Below, piece by piece: positions 8,683 to 15,687 of a stretch of 24,535 nucleotides of DNA. The position numbers were made by a program, and so were the translations under genes. Below the pieces are notes generated by a model. That model did no database searches. It saw only the letters and a list, made by a program, of their open reading frames with translations, and had not been told where the DNA came from. Source of the stretch: Promethearchaeota archaeon (GTDB lineage: Archaea > Asgardarchaeota > Hermodarchaeia > Hermodarchaeales > Hermodarchaeaceae); the NCBI GenBank assembly GCA_048938295.1, contig JBHLMI010000033.1, forward strand, positions 1-24,535, read 5' to 3'. How positions within the stretch are numbered: the stretch's first letter is position 1; each line of letters starts with the position of its first letter.

Positions 8683-9527
8683 TAACAAATTCTCTCCTGA
8701 ATTGAGTGAAAAACAGCCTCCAGTTTCGGTTGCCATTCCGATAGTTGGGTAACAAATGGAATACCTTCGGAGAATAATTCAGCGATTCTTCGACTATGAG
8801 GGATTTCTAGTAAAATGGGAAGCTGCTCACTAGAGCAGTAGGAGTAGACTTGCCGATCACCAATTCCTGCCCGATTAACGACAACTCCGATGGGAATATC
8901 AAGCTGGCGGATTGTATCGACGGCTAGCCGTAAATCATGTAAACCAAAGGGTGTTGGTTCAGTGACTAAGATGGCGTAATCTGAACCGTGAACTGATTCC
9001 ACCATGGGACAAGATACGCCAGGTGGACAATCGATAATCACGGTTGTCCCGTTTACCATGCTCACTCGTTCTTTCACAGCCTTGATTACTGGGACAACCA
9101 GAGGCTCGCCTACATCTAATTCACCGTAAACGACCTGCAATCCTTCCTTTATCCTTCCACGGTGAATTACTCCTAACTTACGTTGTCCCTCTTTGATCGC
9201 TTGATTTGGGCATGCTAAAATACAACCACCACAAGCGATGCATAATTCTGGAAACAACCTGACACCATTTTTCCCAACAAAGATAGCGTGGTTTGGGCAG
9301 AATTTTGCGCACTCTTTAGATTGGACACATTTTTCTTGGTCAAACTCGGGTACAAGCGTATATACGGGTTCCACTTCTTCATCATTTAGGGGAAGAAGGG
9401 TGTGCACATTAGGCTCATCTACGTCACAGTCTAATACCTGCACAGGTCCAGACAAAGAAAGGGCAAGATTCACCGCAAGCGATGTTTTTCCTGTTCCACC
9501 CTTTCCGCTAGCAATGGCGATTTTCAC
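8682..9527 (-). CDS. MinD/ParA-superfamily P-loop ATPase with inserted ferredoxin (COG1149-like), copy B
   Basis: ASGKGGTGKT, DCDVDEPN, CVQSKECAKFCP (Ser in place of the second Cys) and CIACGGCILACP, DCPPG, LVTEPTPFG; AGGTG then GTG 9527 preferred to 9563. Confidence 0.93.
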   Translation of the reverse strand: MKIAIASGKGGTGKTSLAVNLALSLSGPVQVLDCDVDEPNVHTLLPLNDEEVEPVYTLVPEFDQEKCVQSKECAKFCPNHAIFVGKNGVRLFPELCIACGGCILACPNQAIKEGQRKLGVIHRGRIKEGLQVVYGELDVGEPLVVPVIKAVKERVSMVNGTTVIIDCPPGVSCPMVESVHGSDYAILVTEPTPFGLHDLRLAVDTIRQLDIPIGVVVNRAGIGDRQVYSYCSSEQLPILLEIPHSRRIAELFSEGIPFVTQLSEWQPKLEAVFHSIQERIC

Positions 9528-9566
9528 ACTAACTACACCTTGGAAATTACGGGTTCTTAGCACTCA

Positions 9567-9953
9567 TTACTTATGACGTGCTTCCCGACATCCTTCCGTT
9601 AATTCTACCAATTGATTTCCCTTAAAGGCTGTAAGAACTTCACCCAGCTGCGTTGATGACGCTTGCATCACAGCAACACCTTCAGCTTGGAATCGTCGAA
9701 GTGCACGCGGACCCATTCCAAAGGTAATTACAGTGTTGGGCGCAAAGCTAAGCAGAATATCCGGGGGGCGTCCACGACCTCCGAAATGCTCACTACGATT
9801 AGGTGCGAATTTAATTTTCCCAATTTCACCGCTTTCGGTAAGTTCAATGATGGCGAATAGAGGAGCTCGACCAAAGTGGGGGGATAATTGGCTTGCGTCA
9901 CCCGCTTCATTCAACACAGGAACAACAACACGTTCAACCAATGTTACCAACAC
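9567..9953 (-). CDS. NifB/NifX (FeMo-cofactor-binding-like) family protein, copy A
   Basis: LSPHFGRAPLFAII, VITFGMGPRA motifs. Start may be TTG 9941. Confidence 0.88.
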   Translation of the reverse strand: MLVTLVERVVVPVLNEAGDASQLSPHFGRAPLFAIIELTESGEIGKIKFAPNRSEHFGGRGRPPDILLSFAPNTVITFGMGPRALRRFQAEGVAVMQASSTQLGEVLTAFKGNQLVELTEGCREARHK

Positions 9954-9973
9954 CTAAAGATGCCTTGTGACTT

Positions 9974-10393
9974 TTACCACCGATTACGGCCTCCACCGCG
10001 ACCGCCCCCACGTCCGCGACCGCTCCCTATGCCTGTATGAGCAGGTGCAGTTGAGGACGCTGCTCTGGTAAGCTGGTTATTCTGGAATTGTTTGATAGCA
10101 TCATTTACACTGCCAGAGATACCAGTATAAACCTCTACCCCTCCAGAATTTAGAGCATGATAGGCATTTGGTCCCACATGACCTGTTAAGACAACCTTTG
10201 CCTGATGATCCACGACAAATTGAGCAGCCTGGATTCCAGCTCCTCCACCTGTCATTGCACCAGGATTCGGTGCGGATTCGAACTTCATGTTTCTAGAATC
10301 AACAAAAATAAAGTTAGCACACCGTCCAAATCGAAGGTCAATGGGCGCATCAAGCGTTGGACCTTGAGCAGTAATACAAATTCTCGTTTTTAT
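9974..10393 (-). CDS. NifB/NifX family protein, copy B, RG-rich tail; probable non-AUG start
   Basis: Frame stays open 35 codons upstream of track ATG 10288 and encodes the conserved N-terminus RICITAQGPTLDAPIDLRFGRCANFIFVD; GAGIQAAQ, LTGHVGPNA. Confidence 0.85.
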   Translation of the reverse strand: MKTRICITAQGPTLDAPIDLRFGRCANFIFVDSRNMKFESAPNPGAMTGGGAGIQAAQFVVDHQAKVVLTGHVGPNAYHALNSGGVEVYTGISGSVNDAIKQFQNNQLTRAASSTAPAHTGIGSGRGRGGGRGGGRNRW

Positions 10394-10827
10394 CCATCTC
10401 CTGTTTCATCAATTTCTGACTGTGCCAACCGACGCAAGTAGTGACTGTCACACTGTGGGCAGGTTCGAGGTCTACCGGTTCCAAATGGCTCATCCCATTG
10501 GTTATGACAGGTCAAGCAGCGAAACCACCGCTTTGTTGGCATTTCGATCGGTCCTCCCTCTATGCGAAGCGCTTTTCCATTCACTAAGGCATCTGCTATC
10601 TTTGAGTGAGCAGATTTCAGAATTCGGTGGATCGTCGTCTGGGAGACTTTTAGTTGTTCAGCTGATTCGGTTTGAGAATGGCCTTGGTAGTCATAAACTC
10701 GGATGGCCTCGTACTCATCGACACTGAGAACGACTTCATCGATGGTGCCGATGGGTATACCTCGGGGTTTGTAGTAGCTCACATTGGGTTCTGCGCGGAC
10801 AAACCTGCGCTTATGGGGTCTTGGCAC
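10390..10827 (-). CDS. DUF134 family HTH protein (copy 2) with C-terminal zinc ribbon
   Basis: MPRPHKRR, YYKPRG, DEYEAIR, SQTESAEQLKVSQTT..RIL.SA..KIADALVNGKALRIEGG, then CLTC...CPQC. Confidence 0.92.
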   Translation of the reverse strand: MPRPHKRRFVRAEPNVSYYKPRGIPIGTIDEVVLSVDEYEAIRVYDYQGHSQTESAEQLKVSQTTIHRILKSAHSKIADALVNGKALRIEGGPIEMPTKRWFRCLTCHNQWDEPFGTGRPRTCPQCDSHYLRRLAQSEIDETGDG

Positions 10828-10849
10828 GTTATGAATATATATTCATAAC
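10828..10849. promoter_or_regulatory. Perfect 22-bp palindrome GTTATGAATATATATTCATAAC abutting the DUF134 start
   Basis: Read directly; the 11-nt arms are exact reverse complements. Confidence 0.75.
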
Positions 10850-10947
10850 CACCTAAAAAGGTATCTCCTGTTTACCGGCCATTCAACATAAGAAGACAAA
10901 CTACACAATAGTCAAAAAATCGTACGTTCCTGTGGAGATGTGATGTT

Positions 10948-12717
10948 GTGCCTATTTCAGGTGGCGAAATTCTTGCCCAATGCCTTGCCAATGAACATGT
11001 GAAATATATCTTTGGCATCATTGGTGACCAATGGAATTCTTTTTTTGATGTCCTAGCTCGAAAAGGTGACCAGTTGGGCATCGAATTCATTACGACACGC
11101 CATGAAGCCGCGGCTGCTCACATGGCTGATGCCCATGCCCGATTAACCGGAAAACCTGGCGTCTGCTTGGGAACAGTCGGACCAGGTGCGGCAAACCTTG
11201 TGGGCGGCGTATACGCTGCCCATGCCGACAGTGTACCAATTGTGGTGTTGACTGCCCAGAACCAGACGTGGCGGATTTATCCAGATACTGGGATGACTCA
11301 AGGCCTTGACCAAATCAATCTCTTCAAACCTATTGTAAAATGGAATGCGGTGGTGTGGACGATTAACCGCATTCCTGAGCTAGTCCAAGAAGCCTTTCGT
11401 CGAGCCTTATCGGGTCGACCAGGACCAGTGCAACTTGATATTCCTTCAAACATCCTTTACGGAACTGTGGATACACCACCTCCTCTCATCCCACCGAGTA
11501 GATACCGACCAACCAATCGGCCAACGGCTTTTCCAACCCTTATCGGACAAGTAGCACAAATGCTCCTTGATGCCAAGTTTCCTCTTATTCATGCCGGAGC
11601 CGGTGTGTTATGGGCAGAAGCATCAGAAGAACTTGTAGCGCTGGCAGAACATCTATCCGCAGGCGTAACTGTGAGTCCTTCTGGACGAGGGGCAATCCCA
11701 GAGGATCATCCGCTCGCATTTGAACCCGGTCTTCAATGTGGGGTCTTTGTGCAAAACTGTGCGGATGTCGTTCTACTCGTAGGTGGTCGCTTAGGTGATC
11801 TTGATTTTTGGGGGAAACCACCTGGGTGGAAGACGCCTGAAAATCAGAAGCTCATTCAAATTGACATCGATAGCCAGATGATCGGGGTTAATCGGGAAGT
11901 GGATTTAGCACTTGTTGGTGATGCGAAAAGCACTCTTCAGTTTCTGCTCTCGGAAGTCAAACGACGTAGTGAACCCAAAGCGCCTTCTCCTCTTCTTGAG
12001 CAGTGTCAAACCTCACGCCAATCTTTCTATCAATCCCAATTGGATATTGCGGTGAAAGATACTGCGTCTATTCATCCTCTTCGTTTAGCAAAGGAGGTTC
12101 GCGATTTCTTTGATCGAGACGCAATTATCTGTGTTGATGGTGGGAATTCCATCCTTTGGAGTCTTCACCTGAATCGAGTTTATGAACCCCGTTCCTACCT
12201 TTACGCCTGTGATTCGGGGCATCTTGGGGTCGGGCTTCCATATGCGATAGGAGCCAAACTTGTACATCCTGACCGTCAAGTCTTTCTAATTACTGGCGAT
12301 GGCGCTTTTATGTTCAATATTCAGGAACTAGAAACAGCAGTTCGACATTACGCACCGGTGATTGCTATAATCGCCAATGATCGACGATATGGAATGATTG
12401 CCGGAGTTCAACATCTTCTATTTGCAGATCGATTCTACCAGGTCGATTTCACCGATGTTCGATATGATAAAGTAGCGAAAGCGATGGGTTGCTTTGGAGA
12501 ACGTGTTACAAAGGCGAAGGAAATCCAGCCTGCTCTTAAACGAGCGTTAGAATCTAAGCTACCTGCCGTCATCGATGTTATCATTGACAGGGACGCCAAC
12601 CTAAATCCGCCTGAACTTCCTCTCATAGGATCAGTATGGCTTGAAGGCTGTACACCACCACCAGTTGAAGATAAGAAAAAGGAAAAGAAAGTGGTCACCG
12701 AAGTCGTTGCAAGCTAG
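10948..12717 (+). CDS. Thiamine-diphosphate-dependent enzyme, acetolactate synthase-like superfamily
   Basis: TRHEAAAAHMADAHARLTGKPGV (catalytic Glu), GRPGPVQLDIP, GDGAFMFNIQELETA...ND ThDP-binding motif. Confidence 0.95.
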   Translation: MPISGGEILAQCLANEHVKYIFGIIGDQWNSFFDVLARKGDQLGIEFITTRHEAAAAHMADAHARLTGKPGVCLGTVGPGAANLVGGVYAAHADSVPIVVLTAQNQTWRIYPDTGMTQGLDQINLFKPIVKWNAVVWTINRIPELVQEAFRRALSGRPGPVQLDIPSNILYGTVDTPPPLIPPSRYRPTNRPTAFPTLIGQVAQMLLDAKFPLIHAGAGVLWAEASEELVALAEHLSAGVTVSPSGRGAIPEDHPLAFEPGLQCGVFVQNCADVVLLVGGRLGDLDFWGKPPGWKTPENQKLIQIDIDSQMIGVNREVDLALVGDAKSTLQFLLSEVKRRSEPKAPSPLLEQCQTSRQSFYQSQLDIAVKDTASIHPLRLAKEVRDFFDRDAIICVDGGNSILWSLHLNRVYEPRSYLYACDSGHLGVGLPYAIGAKLVHPDRQVFLITGDGAFMFNIQELETAVRHYAPVIAIIANDRRYGMIAGVQHLLFADRFYQVDFTDVRYDKVAKAMGCFGERVTKAKEIQPALKRALESKLPAVIDVIIDRDANLNPPELPLIGSVWLEGCTPPPVEDKKKEKKVVTEVVAS

Positions 12718-12739
12718 ATAGATAATTGGAGGAATATTA

Positions 12740-13282
12740 GTGACAGATTCGAAGCTTCAGTCCTGGAAATGTCTCAGTCAAAGAACGGTCTACGAAAATC
12801 CGTGGATGACAGTCTATGAAGACCAAGTGCAACTGCCGAATGGGCGAACCACAATCTATGGGATAATGGAAGCGAAGGAGTTCGTTGGAATTGTGCCCTT
12901 ACTTGATGTCAATACAGTTGTGATGACTCGACAATATCGCTACATTCAAGGTGAAGTGACCTGGGAAATCGTCTCAGGAGCCATTGATGAAAACGAAACA
13001 CCTGAACAAGCGGCCCAGCGTGAACTCCGTGAAGAGGTTGGATATGAAGCTAACCGGCTGAAACTGATTAGTGTTATGCGATCAAACAAATCACTCATGC
13101 GTGATTTAGGGTATATCTTCCTTGCTTATGGACTCACACCCTGTGCAGAAGAACCAGATGACACTGAGGAATTTGAAGCCGTTCCACTTTCCTTGACCGA
13201 AGCGCACGACATGATAAGGCGCCACGAAATCACTGACTGTGTTTCCATCATTGGGCTCCTCATGGCAGGAACCCAATCCTAA
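12740..13282 (+). CDS. Nudix hydrolase (ADP-ribose pyrophosphatase-like)
   Basis: Nudix box GAIDENETPEQAAQRELREEVG, RQYRY, YENPW; GGAGG upstream of GTG. Confidence 0.93.
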   Translation: MTDSKLQSWKCLSQRTVYENPWMTVYEDQVQLPNGRTTIYGIMEAKEFVGIVPLLDVNTVVMTRQYRYIQGEVTWEIVSGAIDENETPEQAAQRELREEVGYEANRLKLISVMRSNKSLMRDLGYIFLAYGLTPCAEEPDDTEEFEAVPLSLTEAHDMIRRHEITDCVSIIGLLMAGTQS

Positions 13283-13309
13283 TATTCCCGTTGAAAATTA
13301 GGCTCTCCG

Positions 13310-13780
13310 CTAGTCGATTTGAACCTGTCTTTTTCGTTTCATTTTGGGGACATGTATCTCTAAGAAGCCCTCATTGAATTCTGCTTTGATTCTCTCAGCA
13401 TCAGCATCACGTGGGAGGGAGACCTTCTTCGAAAGACTTTGGAACCGAATTTCCCGTTGCACCGTTCCCCACCTTTCGTATTGGACCTCTTCGCGCATTT
13501 TCGCTTGGACACTGATATGTTTATCTGTCACAGTGATTTCGATGTCTTCCTTGTTGACCATGGGCAAATCCAGCGTAACAACATATTCGATTTCAGTCTC
13601 CTGGACATCGCCTAAGGCTTCAAGGCAACATGCATCTCCATCCCATAGTGTACGAACCCTTGACATAAAACCCAACGGTTCGCCAAAGATTTCATCAAAT
13701 CGATTCTGTAAGGCTTTCACTGATTCGTCTATTCGTTGAAGTTCATCCTTCCGTTTCTTTGGCTGCTTCACTTCAGGCAT
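13310..13780 (-). CDS. hsp20: Small heat shock protein (Hsp20/alpha-crystallin)
   Basis: DVQET..EYVVTLDLP.VNKEDIEI, LP..ADAERIKAEFNEGFLEIHVPK, terminal VQID (IxI/V-like). Confidence 0.92.
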   Translation of the reverse strand: MPEVKQPKKRKDELQRIDESVKALQNRFDEIFGEPLGFMSRVRTLWDGDACCLEALGDVQETEIEYVVTLDLPMVNKEDIEITVTDKHISVQAKMREEVQYERWGTVQREIRFQSLSKKVSLPRDADAERIKAEFNEGFLEIHVPKMKRKRQVQID

Positions 13781-13792
13781 TTTTGTCTCCTC

Positions 13793-14590
13793 CTACGAAT
13801 AGAATGCAGGAATATGAAACTCCTGCTCCTTACCACTGGTTTGCATGGTTGTAGTCGTCTGATTCATTAAATCTCGAACTCGGACACGCACCTCTTCAGC
13901 CCCTTCGATAAGAGCTTTCGTGGAGATAGGGATTCCGGTCAAAATGGATAAGGTCTTCACTATTTCTGCTGCGGCACCGGGATCAGGGAAATTCAGGAAG
14001 GCCTGTGCCATTATGTAGGTGATGGGGATTCTTTGCCGCTGGGCTTCAAGGAGGAGTATCGCATAGGCACCAGCCACAATCCCCTCATCCAGGAACTTGA
14101 TTTTCTTATCCATGATTCGATCATATACCGACTCTGTTGTGGCGACTGCGTATACTTCGGGAACCTCAAGTTGTGATCTTAAAGCGGGGGGCACTGGTGT
14201 ACCTCCAAGGGCGGTTATTGATTTCGGCTCCACCTCCTGAAGATACTGTAAAATCGCCGTGGATACTGGTCGCATTGCTTCAGCAGGGAGTGGAATCTCT
14301 GACACAATTAGCAGGAAATCATTATTTGCATACAGCTGAATGGGTGGGCGAGCCTTCCGATTATGAATCACAGCTACTGGAGGCATAATCTCCGCGTCAA
14401 TGTAGCCAACTAACTCCATATTGAGCGCTTGAACTAAATGCATCCCTGCAATAGTTCCTACTAAGCCCGCATCGGGCAGCGCAATGATGGCGTGTTTCTT
14501 ACCTTTTGGTTGTTCAACGAGCTCAACAATCTCAAAGAGCGTTTCCTGAACGACCATGACATCTTTGTCTTTCATGACTTCATCAGGCAT
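13793..14590 (-). CDS. PAC2-family proteasome assembly chaperone (PbaA/PbaB-like)
   Basis: LPDAGLVGTIA..HLV..L, PPVAV, PIQLY, SEIP, LGG, PDPGAA motifs; C-terminal AFYS close to an HbYX motif. Confidence 0.88.
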   Translation of the reverse strand: MPDEVMKDKDVMVVQETLFEIVELVEQPKGKKHAIIALPDAGLVGTIAGMHLVQALNMELVGYIDAEIMPPVAVIHNRKARPPIQLYANNDFLLIVSEIPLPAEAMRPVSTAILQYLQEVEPKSITALGGTPVPPALRSQLEVPEVYAVATTESVYDRIMDKKIKFLDEGIVAGAYAILLLEAQRQRIPITYIMAQAFLNFPDPGAAAEIVKTLSILTGIPISTKALIEGAEEVRVRVRDLMNQTTTTMQTSGKEQEFHIPAFYS

Positions 14591-14636
14591 ACAGGAACGT
14601 AAAAAAAGTTATGGACGCAAATGAATCTGAACACCG

Positions 14637-14915
14637 ATGACAGGTAAAGGGCAGTTCATTGGAGAACGAATCTCCGTTGATGTCGTCGATTTAGAAAGAC
14701 CTGTTAGTTTTACCTGGCGTAACCAGAAATACAATATCGTCGAAATCGAAGCAAGTGACCGGCGCCTAGACCTGCGAAGTACATGGTATCGAAGAAAACA
14801 CCGAGACTATTTTATTGTCAAAGTCGAGGATGGAAAACGCTTCGAGATATACCGCCATCGGGTTCCTGGAAAACCTTACTGGATTTTAACCCGAGAACTC
14901 CCTGAGCCCGGTTAA
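14637..14915 (+). CDS. DUF6504-like / ImuB-C-like small protein
   Basis: PVSFTWR..KY.IVEI...WYRRKHRDYFIVKVEDGKRFEIYR...W pattern. Confidence 0.65.
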   Translation: MTGKGQFIGERISVDVVDLERPVSFTWRNQKYNIVEIEASDRRLDLRSTWYRRKHRDYFIVKVEDGKRFEIYRHRVPGKPYWILTRELPEPG

Positions 14916-14918
14916 AAT

Positions 14919-15599
14919 CTAACAATTGCTCTTCTCTTTTTCAGGTAATTCAAACACGATTACCTTATACATTGGAGTCCACGGAAGGGTTTCAGTATGG
15001 CTAAATCCCAATGGTTCTAACCTTGAGGCAAACCAATCTGCATCTTTGATAGGTGTAACATGAAGGGTCTGGGGGGCGACTCGGAACGCTACACGCCCAT
15101 TTGATTTAAGAACTCGATAAATTTCTTTGAACAGGGTATTTGGTGTTTTCAAACCATTTAGTAATCCAGTTACCAATGTAACTAGGGTAAAAGTAGAATC
15201 ACCAAACGGGAGGGGCAGTTGAACATCTCTGCATAGGAACTTGACATTTTTCTGTGTTCCCTCTAATCGCGTTTGGCGTTGAGCCTCTTGAATCATCTCT
15301 TCAGACCAATCAATGCCAACGACATGACCACGAAACCACCGCTGTCTAGCGACAAGACGCGGTAGGTGCCCGGTTTGTGTGCCTAAATCTAAAATATCTT
15401 CAGCTGGGCTGATATTTAATCGCTTGATTAAGTGCTCCCATAGCTTCCAATCATTACGAACCTCAAATGAGACCGATCGACGATTGTACCCCCATCGGAT
15501 GAGACGTTTACCAAAATAGCGTCCCTCGGTGGCTATGACAAAAATAAGAAATGCTATGACTATGCCAATGATTGCTAGAACTAAAAGCAAAACCCACAT
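14919..15599 (-). CDS. Class I SAM-dependent methyltransferase with N-terminal membrane anchor
   Basis: Hydrophobic first ~24 aa; ILDLGTQTG (degenerate motif I), VVGIDWSEEMI, LPFGDSTF, EIYRVLKSNG. Confidence 0.85.
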   Translation of the reverse strand: MWVLLLVLAIIGIVIAFLIFVIATEGRYFGKRLIRWGYNRRSVSFEVRNDWKLWEHLIKRLNISPAEDILDLGTQTGHLPRLVARQRWFRGHVVGIDWSEEMIQEAQRQTRLEGTQKNVKFLCRDVQLPLPFGDSTFTLVTLVTGLLNGLKTPNTLFKEIYRVLKSNGRVAFRVAPQTLHVTPIKDADWFASRLEPLGFSHTETLPWTPMYKVIVFELPEKEKSNC

Positions 15600-15687
15600 T
15601 GTGTCAACGGTATAGTAGAATGTATGAAACTTAACTTCTTTTAGGAAGAAGCAGGCATAATAGGAAGACGCTTAGGATGGATGGAAA

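Noticed and set aside
9567-10393. Nitrogen fixation genes
   Set aside because: NifB/NifX-like domains are common outside diazotrophs; no nifH/D/K/E/N here.
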